From positions 2,604,001-2,668,000 of the forward strand of contig NC_087258.1 of NCBI RefSeq assembly GCF_037042905.1: 64,000 nt of DNA, given 5' to 3'. Position 1 is the stretch's first letter, and each line of letters begins with the position of its first letter. Source of the DNA: Lytechinus pictus (lineage: Eukaryota). The position numbers were made by a program, and so were the translations under genes. Of the stretch, positions 1 through 13,351 are shown one piece after another. The notes beneath the pieces are model-generated. The model made no database searches and had not been told where the DNA came from. It saw only the letters and a list, made by a program, of their open reading frames with translations.

Positions 1-142
1 GCTCTTAAAAACAGGCCCCTGTGCCCACCAAGCCAGGCCTAGCAAATGCATTAAGGCAAAAAAGACAGGCTTGGGTCATATATATATATCTTAAACATGT
101 ATTTGTATACTCAATTCAATTCAAATTTCATGCAACTCTCAC

Positions 143-288
143 TTCTTCTAATCTGCTAAGTTTCTCCAGCTCCCATTGATGGTCTAGGATGAGAGAGTCA
201 GCTCTAGGTCTCCACCCTTTCAGGTTCTCTTCCCCGCGGACGTAGGTCCCTGACGTATCAATCACCTTTCTCATCCTCCGTTGGGTCC
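143..288 (-). CDS. KIF1A/B (unc-104): Exon 26 ([48 protein letters not shown]); gene continues beyond the window
   Basis: ttgtag|...|gtgaga; 146 nt, phase 1-0. Confidence 0.96.
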
Positions 289-2627
289 CTACAAAAGTGC
301 AATGAACCCAAATTATAGGAGTTAATGACTGAAATGCAGTGATAAAACAAATATTTCTTTTATCAATTAGCATATGTTATACAACCTCATGGCAGTAAAA
401 GGAAAAATTTGCAGAGGTCTAATAAATTACATACAATTGTTGAGGTGATAAAGCTAGCATGATTATTATTTGAAATTTTTGAACTTGTAGTGAAAAAAAA
501 ATGTTGTTGAGTTATTTTCTAACTTAAAATTTGATCTAATCAGGAAGTTTGATCTTTGAATTTTTAATGAATCAATATATGACCCTTGAATTTTTACAAG
601 TGACCTGTACTTTATTTCATTAAAGATTTAAAGTCTGAGTAAGACTGACGATGAACACCCACAGCCTTGCTTAGAAACATTGCATTTGTTCTCCATTCCA
701 AGCAGGTGCTGCCACTACATTTAAATTCATTGGGACAATAATTTTTGTTTCAACCGCATTTGATTAGCTTTATATTCTTCAAATTGAAAACATTAGAATT
801 GTATTTTATTGATACACTTTTCCTATCAATTGTAGGTCAGACATGAATGAGGACTTATCTTTGAAATTAGACATTCAGTTCATGATGTCATGCTACCTTA
901 AATTCTATTGCTGCAATGTCAGTTGCTCTAACAAGGCCATTTTATTGTCAGCAATCAAAAACATATCAAACCTTGCTTTACCTTCTTTCAAAAAATACCT
1001 GTCAACCTAGTCGTACACATTATTTTCTACAGAATTATATCTAAAATGCATCATAATGCAGATTAATCCTTTTGCATGCAATAACTGGTGCTTCAAATTC
1101 AGTGCTAAGCAGGTGTTAGCTTTCTCAGGAACAAGGTGTTTAACACTCAAAATCGGTGTTTAACTTCTGTATTAATAATTGCAGTATTAAGGAGTTAAAG
1201 ATGAAAACCGAGTGTAATACCCATCATCAAGGCATTAATAATGGTAAAATTAAGATTTTAGGATTTAACACTAACACCTGACTTAACACCAAACTTCAAG
1301 CACAACTATAACTTTTTTTGCATGCATATACATGTCATTTACGCACTGTCATGTTGATAATCTCATGCAATGTAGGGGGATGAAATCAAGATTAACTGCT
1401 TTAACCAAGTTACGACAGGGAACCACTTGAAGCATTATCCAATAACTGTATCAAATTGGCAACATTATTTTTCATTCATTGCATTGTTCTTCAGATTAAA
1501 AAATGTACAGTATATCTGAAATGAATTTCAGAAGTTACAACAGTTGCCAATTTGATTGGAAAACAGTGATTTTCAACTACATGAATATACAGTATATCTG
1601 AAATGAGTAAAAATAATTTCAGAAGTTACAAGAGTTGCCAATTTACTTCGAAAACAGTGATTTTCCTCTTGCCTATTCACCAATTTTACGACTTATTTTC
1701 CAACAAGAATATTAAGTATCTACATGTAAATGACAAACAGCCATGCCATCAAAATGGGCAGAGTACAATATATATATTTTTTTTCTTTTTCTGCTCCATT
1801 ATTTGGTTCTTATTTTCTTTTGAGATCTGCATCAAGTATGTCAGATTTGTCATAACTGGTTTTAAGTCAGTAATCATGATCAATAAAATATGAATATCAA
1901 AATTGAAGTGTGGCATAACATCAGTGAGGTACATGTACATGCAAAAAACTACTTTTTTTTATTACCGAGACCATGCGTGATATTAACTGTCCTTTTAAGG
2001 ACCAGACGGTGCTGATGTATATTACATACAAAATGCAGGGGAGGGTTTCATGCAGTAAAAAATAAAAATAAATAAACTTTAAAGAAAAAAAGAACTCCAT
2101 TGTCTGTATCTGCAATGGAGTCTTGAATCTAGTGATGGCAAAAAAAATTAAGGCGGAATATAGCATACTTTTCGAATTTGAAACTGGTATATATACATGT
2201 AGTGTACGTACTGTACATGTATCAGTGGTACATGTCTTTTCAAACAAATGTAATCAATTATTTAAAGATTTATACCTTTCGCAAAATCATAGGGGTCTAT
2301 AACGCATAACCTTATTTGTAACCTTTACATGTAGTTTATAGAAACATGATGAGATGATGGTGAAAAGTCAATTATGCCGGGGCTAGAGTCATTAAAATCT
2401 TTTCCTGATAGTAAATTGTGTCCAAAAGGTAAACCAAATTTTTCAAAAAGTCATATGATATTTTTATATACATGTAAAATGCACAGTCATTTGCTATATA
2501 GCTCCTTCTGATCTACATCATTTATTCTATTTGGCTGTATAATGCTGAATATTCGATTCTCCACATTAGTTTCTGTTTCAAGAGATTTAAAATTTTACGT
2601 GAAACACAGATTGGTATTATTATGAAA

Positions 2628-2916
2628 AAATAACAATATAGGATTTATGTAGCGCACCTATCCACCCTGTGACATGTAGGCGCTCAAGGCACTCCAACAT
2701 GTATATTACCCCGGCTAAGCTTGTCTACCGATTCCGGTGTTCACAACTTTCTGAGGAATTACTTCCTGCCGGTACCCATTTACCTCACCTGCGGGTTGAG
2801 TGCAGCACAATGTGGGTAAATTGTTTGCTTAAGGTAAAAACGCCATGACTTGGAATCGAACCCACATCCCTCAAATTAAAAGATGAGAGTCTTAACCACT
2901 AGACCATGACGCCCAC
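2628..2916 (-). mobile_element. tRNA-derived SINE
   Basis: Minus-strand A box (TGGTCTAGTGG) and B box (GGTTCGATTCC); body GGTAAATGGGTACCGG; AT-rich tail; related to 42385-42698 and 44960-45140. Confidence 0.8.
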
Positions 2917-5900
2917 ACAATACTTTAAAATGTTTCTATATCGAGTAATTATGTGGAGTATGGGAGGATTATTCACATTTTGATGGTGATACTGCATACA
3001 AGAGATATTTTCTGAATAGGGACAATTTTTCTACTTCAGATCCTTAGAGATCCAAATTGTATTGAATAGAAACTACATGTAGGCCCCTTTTCTTTTTTTA
3101 TTTGTTGTTTATTGTTGTTTTCTTTTTTTTCTTTGGGAAGTGGGGAGCATTTTGTACTTTACAAGAAGTAGATTTGCAAGAGGAGTGGAAATATTGACTT
3201 TTCCCACAGCATAAAGCTTTTTGGCTGGTGGTACCATATTTCAAAATCATTCAAATCAGAGAGGAGGAACACAAATAATAAAAGCTTTAAAATTGGCATT
3301 GATTACAAAGTGTTGTGTATTTTAGGTAATAAGTCATATGCCGAAGAGTGAACTATAGCTGTTAATCATCTAAGTATCAAATCTAAAATCTTGATATCAA
3401 GACTTGATATAATGATTAGGATTTAACCAGGATTAAGTATGAATATCAGAAGACAAGATGCATAAATAATTTTGATTAAAAATAATTTTGAAAAGGAGAA
3501 AGATTTAAAGTTTCGTGCTATGAAATGTTTGAATAGTTTTAAATCCATGTGCAAATCAGAAAGATAGATGGAATTATATGTCATGTGCATTTGGATTATA
3601 GTTTACTATATAAATTTTGTCAAGTTATCTACACATTACAGAGTGTAAATAAGTCATAAAAATGTATAATGGAATTGTATGGGATCCACCTCCCCTAGGC
3701 TCCGCCTACCAAAGACCAAGAGGAGAACAAGAGACCAGTTTGCACGAAGACCATAAAGTAATAAGAAACATAACATGATTGGCTAATTGAGAGAAACATG
3801 TAGCATTGTCCTCTAATGCATCTTAACGTACATGTACAAATTGTATAGCTGATTATATGTTAAGAAAGGTGTACATGTACATCATCATACATTCAATCTG
3901 TGTAGATACACAGGCTTTTTAAAGTGACTGATTACTCTAACTTTAATAATACTAGAAAATTGGCTAGGCTTGTCAGTGCATCACTTAAGCGAACTTCCAC
4001 TCGGGTTCAAATGAAGCTTTATGCATTTGGCCAGCTACAATATAGATGTATGTACACTGTATGTGTACCCTAAGTGATACAGATATGATTCCAAAGAAAG
4101 AATCTCATGTTTTTTTGTTTTTCTTTTCTTTCATTTTTCTCAAATTTAATGTTAGCTAGGATTTCACATCAGATCTATAGTACGAACATAAATAAATTGC
4201 AAACCGAGCAAAAACAATGAAATCAAAAGTGATACGGGTATTACCGTAGATTAAGAAAGATCAATAAAAGCTGTGTATTGATTGAAAAGTGAATAAACAG
4301 GGCAAAATCAAAGTAAATTGGCAATAAGTTAAAGAGACAGTAAAGCCACCGAGTAATAAATGAATATTTTTGTGAGTTTTTACCCTCTGAAAAAGATATT
4401 CTGAACAGTGAGGAGATCTCAGATTTCATATCTTGATATACTTCAACTTATTAAACTTGCTGAAGAATATCATTCTTTTGCTGATTTTTTTTTCATATTT
4501 CAGGGACATCATTCAATGACAAACATTAATACTGAATGCATACATTTATAAATGTAGTTACAAATTGATATTATCCCAAAAGTAATATTACATGTATATC
4601 ACTGAAATTTAATTTGGTGCATTTCTACAAGGGAACATAATTTTTCAAGTGTGAAACAAAAAGAAATGGATCAGAAGTTGTGGAGGATGAAGAAAATGCA
4701 AAGTCACCTTTTTTACTTCAATATACTGATAAAGATTTTGATATTAATACAAATGAATTTCTTTGAGCAATTAATCCTATTGGTAGAGTACTTTGTTTTT
4801 ACACATCAGAAAAAAAACTAATTTTTGAAATTCTTTTCATGAATCATAAAATTAATGTAAATTCTGATAAATTCATGTGTATTTAATATTTTACACCTGC
4901 ATGTAGTAATGATTTTTTTTTATTCTTTGTTTTTCTTTTGGCCAATTATAAATGGCAGAGCAGAGAGGCAATATTTTCAGTCTTTTAATCTCTCTTCCAG
5001 ACTTTTGCTTAAGAATTTTTATCTTGAAGAGAAGACAGAACATGAAATAATAGAACACAAAATATAGGAATATACAAATATATACCATACCAAACAAATG
5101 TACACCCATATATTGGAATAACTCATGGCTCTTGCAAGGAGAGTTTAGATATACACGCTAATACAAGACAGCGGCTCATAAGAATAAAGAACTATGCCAC
5201 ATGTAACAAAAAATACTGAAGAGTGAGGCCTGAAAGCAGAAGACTAGCATGGATTTGGATCTTACCACTTAAGAGAGGTGGGGACAAAGTCATGTGGTGA
5301 GGGGAGGTGGACTCCAATAAATCCCGCAGATCATATTGACTGAATGACTTGCCTGGCAAAAGGGGATTCATTGTGTTTTTGTCATCAAATGGTGTTTTTA
5401 ACGACACAAACAAAAAATACAAATAAAAACAAACAAAAAAACAGAAAAAAATATGTAGGCGTATCCAAATGGATATTAATTGAAATTAAACGTTAATCAC
5501 AAAATTAATGTAAATGATTAAAATGATGGGTTAGCAACAGAAACGGGTCGAGTCAACGTAAAAATAAACAGAAGAAGCGTATGAGATAACGTGGAGGAGT
5601 TAAAAGAAACGATGGAGAGAAAAAGAAGACAAATGTATGAGATTGACTGGTCCAATGTTGAAACAGCAATAAAAGACCAATAAAAGAAGCCACTTTTTAA
5701 TAAATATCACAAATATTATCACTGAAGTCTACTGTCCTTGTGCACATAATGCACAACTTCATTGTAATACATTTTACTTTTTTGCTTTCTCCATTTCTTC
5801 CACCTTATATTTCAGTTAATATCAAGGTACATGTAAATCAACAGGGCATACTATTTTTTATTTTGTTTGTAATTGGCATTCCAAAATAACAGCCATGTCT

Positions 5901-6111
5901 TTTTATAAGGTTCCATTTTTATAGGAATCAAGTTGCACTGGAACTATGACTGAGTGGTAATATCGATTTTTTTCGAAGAAATATTTGAAAGAAAATTGAA
6001 AGAAACGATGTGAGGTTTATTTTCAATGAAATAAGAAGAGTGACCATGGAAACACAAGGACAACGGACGACTAGAAGACATTCTGGCAAAAAATGTAGCA
6101 GGCAAAAATAC

Positions 6112-6138
6112 CTTCAAAATCTGTTGCTAAGCGAGTGC
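6112..6138 (-). CDS. Candidate 27-nt cassette microexon (GTRLATDFE)
   Basis: ttcttgttttgtcgtgtatgacag|GCACTCGCTTAGCAACAGATTTTGAAG|gtattt; phase 1-1, open. Confidence 0.45.
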
Positions 6139-7519
6139 CTGTCATACACGACAAAACAAGAACATTCCATAAATGCTAATATTTTTTTTTCTCATTTTTC
6201 AATGGATACCTCGGTGTTAAAGAAAAACAACGTAAAATATAAGATACAGATCACATTAGACATCAACCCAAAATATAGAAGGGGGAAAAAAGTGACAAAA
6301 ATTGGTTTCTAAAAGACAATGAAGAGGTGGAGATGGATGTGTTCTAAAAGAAACAAAGAGATCTACATTGATGGTGGATGAAACAATGGAAGGAAGAAAA
6401 ATCGTTCTTAATCAACCCATCTTGTGAAGTTTCATACATTTTTTGACGGTGACAGGGGTATCTACATGTAAGATGGCAAGATGAAATGTGTTTTTGGAGC
6501 AAAGGAAAAGGGCATGTCCAAACATCTTTCCAAATCTTAAAGATAAATGCAAACTTCCTAACCTTTAAAACTAACAAATAGGGATACTTTTGACAATATA
6601 TCATTTTTAAAAAGTAGCATTTACTGTACCATGATTGTTTAGTACAATACTTAGAAATAGAAAAATTATATAAAAAAGGGTTAAAATTCACATTTACTCC
6701 TAAGAATTTAGAAGAGTCAGAAGGTATGTTAATATGCATCAGTCTATGATTAACTAATTGAATGAAAGATTTTCTCCATAGATAAATGATATCAGACATG
6801 AAATGACTATGCAAAGATATTAACTGTTAAAAAAGGATTGTAGTTAATCATAAATACAAGTTATACAGAATAAACAATCTCCTTTTATTATGAACTACAA
6901 CAACTTCTCGTGTTATGCTTTGTTATTACATCCGCCCCATCCTCCCCTGGAAAAAAAGAAAGCAGCCTAATCTAATATGAAAATAACTTGGAGTGAATGA
7001 TCTTCTTTTATTATGAATAGTACACCTATTAAGGATTTGAAGATTTACCAGCCACTCTCCAGATAAGAACTGTGATCAATCCAATACAAATTCATTGAGA
7101 TTAAACTATCTTCTATATTGAAAAGAATACTTATTGAGGATGACTTTTCTTTCCCCCTTGTCCCTAATAAGAGGAATAGCGATTTATCAAAACAAGTTTA
7201 TTCAAAGTGATTGAGATTTATTTGTCCCTTTTTGCTGCTATCCTCATAGATTTCACTACTTTACTGATCTGTTTGTGATTCTTATGCTGAGAAAAACAAA
7301 ATGACTTGAATTGAAAGACTAGAGCTTCTTAATCATAACTATGGTAAATATAAAAAAAACCCATATGAATGCGCCCTTGGAAGACGTTTGGACAAGCCCC
7401 GCCCCTTGAAGAACATTAGCATGCCGTGGCTAAGGTGGTGCGGTCTCGAATTCTAGATGGGTTCATTAATCGTCAAAAGGAGGCTAATTAAAGAGGAGGC
7501 GTAAATCATCGTGTCATAC

Positions 7520-7552
7520 CGTTTCTCCCCCACGCTATCCACTGCCACATGT
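7520..7552 (-). CDS. Candidate 33-nt cassette microexon (DMWQWIAWGRN)
   Basis: ttttaccacgttgccatgcag|...|gtatga; phase 1-1, open, fits between exons 25 and 26. Confidence 0.4.
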
Positions 7553-9318
7553 CTGCATGGCAACGTGGTAAAAATTATGAGCAAATTTAATCCAGGTTTG
7601 AAAACAAATACATTCACAAAAAAACAGTATTTCACCCTTGTTCTACCTACATATTATTACACTAATGGATAAGAATTTCATAAATGTTATTTACAATGCT
7701 AAACAAGAAAATATAATTCTTTTTTATTATGTGAAATCACTGGAACAATTATCAAACAAAATTGAAATCTCTAGCATCTCTCACATAATTATACTGATTC
7801 ACTTTCAGAAAATAATAAATGGGGGTCATATTTCCTCACATACTCTAAATTATTCCCAACCTCCATGAAAGACACCGATACAATGCACACAGTTATTATG
7901 CTTTGTGTTCTTCAGACACAGAGAATCATACCTCTTCATAGAGAAACAACATTAATAAATGAATAAGCATAATGTGGGCAATAATCTGCAAAGAATATCA
8001 ATCTTATACATGTACATGTAGTTTTATTTGTATAAGTGCTATTATCTAATAGACTCAGTGAAAAAGAATTATACTGATATAAAATTTAGTTTCAATATTC
8101 CTGTAAAAACCCCCTCAAAATTAAATACTTTGATGAGTATGTTTTACGTATTAAGAGGATGGCAATAGAAATGTAGTGTGAATATAATACCAGAATATTG
8201 ATAGTTTAAGCTGAATAGATATAAGACATTTACAAAAATGCAAAATAATGTAGTGCTATGAATAAAAAAATATATTAAAATTTTGCTTCACAGTATTGCA
8301 AAATAAATGTAAGTTTCATAATTTAAACAAAAAGTTAAATACAAGTACATTGATTATAGTAAGGAAGAGATCTGTGTGGTGAAAGTCATGTGACAAACAA
8401 TCAATATAAAATGATTGAATTATTTGACAAGAAAACTTGAAAATAAGTGGAGATATCAAAATTTCTGGAACTGAATAAAGTGATTTAAAGTTCAGGTACA
8501 TGTACATGTACATATCAATAGTACTGAAATTGAATAGCAAACTTAGAAAAAAAAATCATAATCTTTCATTAAACATTATTGCTTGGGATACAATATTTAA
8601 AGAAAACAAATTTGAATTGTAAGTTGAATTGCCCACAACTGGGGAGTGAAAACTTTGATAATTGTGCCATGCAATCCCAAATGAGATAAAATTCACCTCA
8701 TATATGAAGTGCATAATTTCCATGGATTAAAGATTTATATCTTGATGTCAATTATTAAATTATGCTAAACATAAATGAAATTCTTTTTTCAGACTTATTA
8801 AAAATCTAAAATTTCATTAAAAGTTACATGCAGTTAGAACGTGATGTTAGTGATTGTGCAACTGCAAGAAAATAAATTTAGTAATGTTATTCAACGAAAA
8901 CATGATGCTTTCATCTTCCCGATCAAATGTATAAGCAAGCATTTCATACACTGACCATCAAGTTTTGTGATTCCCATAGATTTTACAGAGTGACTACTCT
9001 GTTCCAATAAACATTGCAATAACTTTTGTTTAACTTTCTGAAATACATTTTCATACTCTCTAATTCAATTTTTTCAGAAGCTCATCTAGGAGATTCGGAG
9101 ATTGAATCCGGTTGAAAGAAGCAGCATAGATTTGAGGTGCCTCACATGTTAAATAAGCCATTATTTTAAGGCAGAGATACATGTATTTCTATGATTCATT
9201 AATGGCTCAGCATTATCAAAAGTTCTTATTTTCACAACTTCGCGGTGACCTTAATGTCCTTTCCACAGAGAATCTCCAAAGTCAGAAAGAATTTTTAGCG
9301 GAGGGTACAAGACCTTAC

Positions 9319-9380
9319 CTGGACTTAGAGCCTCTGCAGACCTCAAGAGGGAAATCTCGTACACTCCTGTGACACTGTTG
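9319..9380 (-). CDS. KIF1A/B (unc-104): Exon 25 (NSVTGVYEISLLRSAEALSP)
   Basis: ccatag|...G|gtaagg; 62 nt, phase 2-1; compare KIF1A NRVTGVYELSL. Confidence 0.93.
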
Positions 9381-9560
9381 CTATGGTAACAAATCAAAAA
9401 AAAAAATGATTGAGAGAGTAAATGCATGATGTCAAGTTGGTGGAAGATATCATTATAAACAAAATCTTATATAATGAGGAACCACATACCCCAGTAACAA
9501 ATGAAATTGCATGACAAACTGCTGGATCCATTCCATCCATTTGATATGAGAAGCCACATA

Positions 9561-10565
9561 CAGAGATGCCAACTTTTGGAAATCAGAATTAGGGAGGATT
9601 TGCAACCGACACCAAATTATGTGCGCGTAGCGCTCGACCCTTGCGGCCGGGGTCGAGGGCCCGCCTTAGGGCCCTGGAAGCTCTGGGTTTCTAGATGCTC
9701 TCTGGTGCAATCTGACCCTTATTTTGGAGCATTTCACATGTTTTTAAAAAAACATTGTTCCCACTTTTTTGACATAAAAATAAAAATATCAAATATGCAT
9801 TTTACATGTAAAAAAATGAGGGGACAATAGAAGAAAAGTACCTGTTCAACTATAATAATGAGGAATTATCCTCTTTATTATTATTAAAGCGCGGGTAACG
9901 TCTTCCTCCTCGCTGGTCCCTTGCTTGGTGAAATAAGTCAACAGGGTACTAGTGGAGCTCGAAGATCTCGTCTTCGCAATGTCCGTATGCCGTTTGCGCT
10001 TCCGAATATCATCACGACCTCCGTGCTCAACTTTAATGTCCACGCTGCAAATTGTGCAAAATGCATGGTAGATTCCTCTTTCCGACTTCCGAATACACGG
10101 GTACTGGAGACTGTATTCAGTCTTATACTTCTGAGACCATTTCTTGGTCTTTTTTTGTTGATTTTCCGCCATTTCGTGTCAATATCAACCCATCAATACG
10201 CCGAAATCACACACCGATATTCCATCGCACGACTCGACAAATCCAGCGGCCGCGAGCGCACACGCCTCGCGAAGCTAGCCGGGCCTACCGGCCTGGTGCA
10301 CAGTGGATTCCTGTTGGGCATATCACATGCACCAGCTTTTCGCTGCTCCTTATTTGTCTGCCTTTCACACAGAATTTAGTAGCAGCGAAACGTAATGGAG
10401 TTACTACATGCTTAAGTCAGCAGACGATACATGTACTTCCAATCCAATTTGATCAATGCAAAAAAAATCGTAATTTCGGGAGGATAAGGATGGTAATCGT
10501 AAGGGCGGGAGTTGGGATGAATTTTCGGGAGCCTCCCGATGAAATCGGGAGGGTTGGCATCTCTG
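9561..10565 (-). mobile_element. Internally deleted hAT-like DNA transposon retaining a transposase N-terminal zinc-finger fragment (ORF 9846..10172)
   Basis: Perfect 13-bp TIR CAGAGATGCCAAC/GTTGGCATCTCTG; flanking CACATA duplication; peptide HAFCTICSVDIKVEHGGRDDIRK...H resembles hAT transposase N-termini. Confidence 0.85.
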
Positions 10566-10691
10566 CACATACCCCAGTAACAAATGAAATTGCGTGACAA
10601 AATGCTGGATCCATTCCATCCATCTGATGATTAAGAAACCATAAACCCCAGTAACAAATTAAATTGCGTGAGAGTATGATAACATTCCTAC

Positions 10692-10825
10692 CTGTCAGAT
10701 GGTTTGTAGTAACTGCTACCAAAGAGGCTACGGAGAGAGCGAGATGGGCTGATCCGAGCATCTCTCTCATACATCTGAAGGCATATATCCTTGGTGATAC
10801 AGGCCGATTGAGCGCAGTTATCCAA
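10692..10825 (-). CDS. KIF1A/B (unc-104): Exon 24 (LDNCAQSACITKDICLQMYERDARISPSRSLRSLFGSSYYKPSD)
   Basis: actcag|...AG|gtagga; 134 nt, phase 0-2. Confidence 0.94.
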
Positions 10826-10972
10826 CTGAGTGGGGAGAAAAATAAAAGATGTCAATTAATAACATTAGTTACATTACACTGTATCAAGGATTAATGGCCT
10901 GTGATGCATGTGAAATATTTTTAAGTTAGTTTGAATTTTCATTGATTGATAAGAGAACAGAATAAAACTAAC

Positions 10973-11087
10973 CTCTAGGTATCCTGATAGTGTGAGATAG
11001 ACCATCTCACCATAGGGCGTGACTCGGTTCAGAAGAACAGAATTATGAAGAGAGCTATCCCATGCTGCTTCAAAACGGAAACAGGTT
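10973..11087 (-). CDS. KIF1A/B (unc-104): Exon 23 ([38 protein letters not shown])
   Basis: tttcag|...|gttagt; 115 nt, phase 2-0. Confidence 0.96.
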
Positions 11088-11723
11088 CTGAAAAATGGAG
11101 AAAAGAAATATGTCAAATAATTATAGAATGAAGGTTTTATGCAAAAAAATATTCAAAAATTCAGAATTGATATGAATTCCCCCCTCCCCACCACAAGTAT
11201 CGATATTTGAGGGGAAAGACAAATGTTTATACGTATGTAGCAAAAGCGATGCAGATGTTGCCAGGAGCGATAAAGTGTTCAGAGGATAAAACATATATAA
11301 ATATCAAAAATATAAAAATGATAGCATATCATAAGCTCAAATGAGAGTGGCTATGTTCACAAGATTGAGCACAATGTAAACAAACAAAAAACATTCTTTA
11401 AGATTCACTGCTACCTGAACTACAGTGTATAAGGTACCTTATAAAAAGTCTGTGCCTCGTCTTTTAGCAGTTATCTTGCTACTAAAGCACTATGTGTCTT
11501 TTCATAGTGGCTTTCCTGCAGCCCCTATTGAAAGGCGGCTTGTGGGATTCTAATGCGATACACATGACTATGTTTCTTGACAAGGTACCTAAAGTTTGCA
11601 GTTTTAAGTACTGGACAACAGAAGCTTTACAGATCTAACCTATTGTCTACTGGTATGGGGTGGTTCCTAAACGAACCTTAGTAATGCATAATTTAGAAGT
11701 AAATGGGTTAAATTTATTTATAC

Positions 11724-11829
11724 CTGTCATCTCCTGGTAGTGTTGTATGGCTGACTGGTAGGAGGTTTAATGATAGGACCGTCATCTCATCATCAGGTTC
11801 GGTCACTTCTAATGTGGTACGAATACGAC
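11724..11829 (-). CDS. KIF1A/B (unc-104): Exon 22 (RIRTTLEVTEPDDEMTVLSLNLLPVSHTTLPGDD)
   Basis: ttacag|...AG|gtataa; 106 nt, phase 1-2. Confidence 0.93.
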
Positions 11830-12258
11830 CTGTAAGGGGTGACATATGAAAACAGGATTATCACAAACAAGTGTTCATGGCTGCAGATTCAACAGGCAAC
11901 AGTTTCATTCAAGTAGCCGTCCATTTTTTTAAAAAGAAGCACAAAGAAAAATGTACTATGTACATTTATATCTGCTAGTTTGTAAGAACAACAAGTAATT
12001 TTGGGTAAGCTTTGATTATTGTTTTCCTTGGAAAAAAAAGCTGGAATATGAGCGCATGGTAAACAATCACTACAGCCTTATTGGACCAAGAAATTTAGTT
12101 TGGCTATAAATTTATAACTTGATCATTTCTATATCATATTTCCCTACAGCAAACGAAAATTGAAATTGTGGTTATCAGAAAAAAAAAAATTATATCAATG
12201 ACTTCAAATTCTCTAACATCTTTCATCATTATTCTATACCATTAAACATGTACATCAG

Positions 12259-12520
12259 GGCCCCGTCTTACAAAGATTTACGATTGACCCCATTGACCTC
12301 AACTATATGGAAATACATCAATGTCATAGTGTTTTCCGCAGGAAATTTGCACACATTCTTTTGTAAACTGGGAGAAGCATACTGAATTTTCAAGATAACG
12401 ATAAATGTATGAATATACATCGTACTGAACGTTTTGAACATGCATTCTAGATGTTGACATTGCTGGCTTTCCATAGTTGTGTTTGATCGGATCAATTGTT
12501 ACTCTTTGTAAGACGGGACC
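12259..12520. mobile_element. MITE, PIF/Harbinger-like, CAG TSD
   Basis: TIR GGCCCCGTCTTACAAAGA / TCTTTGTAAGACGGGACC; CAG on both flanks. Confidence 0.8.
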
Positions 12521-12769
12521 CAGACCTCTTAATATGCAGGACCTTCCTGAAATGATAGAGTCAGCAACCTGTCCATCAAGGACCGAGTTTCCTCCAGCTC
12601 CTTGTGGGCTTGGCTTGCAGGCTTCACAAGTACATACATGTACATGTACCTCAAGTTTTTGACTTGTGTTTATTTTTAACGGATATGCCCCAGAACGACT
12701 AGCCCCATATATTCACTTTCTACAAGTTCCCTGAAATCTCTCTACAATAATTGTTGGAAAAATGACTTT

Positions 12770-13105
12770 TGTTATCATCTATACAGTATTTTTGTTATCA
12801 TCTAGATATCTTTCATATGTAAATACTATTAACTTTTGTTAAATTGTTATGTAGTCATTGTTTATATATATATATTACAGAGTATATTTAGTAGACTCAC
12901 GATTGTTCATTCTTAACTAACAAGTTAAGAAACATGTTTCTATCTATCTAGACTAGAAGGGGCCAGACTTGACTAGCTTTCATGCTATTTTCTGGTTCCT
13001 ATTATCCTTGCTTTTCTATGTATTCATAACTGATTGTCTGTAAACTTGTAAATTGGTATTATCATTGCGTTGGATAATAAATAAATTCATTCATTCATTC
13101 ATTAT
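12770..13105 (+). mobile_element. Probable LINE (CR1/L2-like) 3' end
   Basis: Stem-loop-like 3' segment followed by AATAAATAAA(TTCA)n tail. Confidence 0.45.
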
Positions 13106-13199
13106 TTGTCTTCTACTTTGATTTCTTTGTTTAACATGTGTCAATGGAAATTTGAAATAAATGAAATGAAATGTATAACCACTAGCCCCATAAACTCAC

Positions 13200-13351
13200 C
13201 TACTACAAGTTCTCTAACATCTTTCCAAAGGAGTTCCTCTGTAGATTCATGGAGGATGGTGATAGCAATCCTTCTCTGGATACCTTGATGAAGGAGGAAC
13301 ACTCCACTACAAGGCATGTCCTCAGTGTGGTCTACATATGATGATAAATAC
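13200..13351 (-). CDS. KIF1A/B (unc-104): Exon 21, DUF3694 region ([35 protein letters not shown]...KDVRELVV)
   Basis: ctctag|...G|gtgagt; 152 nt, phase 2-1. Confidence 0.95.

Noticed and set aside
1966-2011. 46-nt exon-like segment with AG/GT
   Set aside because: Not a multiple of 3 and has a stop in phase 1; no compensating partner exon found
6344-6814. 156-aa minus-strand ORF
   Set aside because: No recognisable domain or splice context; non-ATG start; AT-rich composition
9921-10597. Plus-strand ORFs of 152 and 181 aa
   Set aside because: Antisense shadows of the GC-rich transposon interior
9481-10680. CRISPR-like recurring repeat CCCCAGTAACAAAT(G/T)AAATTGC
   Set aside because: Ordinary tandem repeat of about 75 bp split by a transposon; eukaryotic intron, no unique spacers, no cas genes
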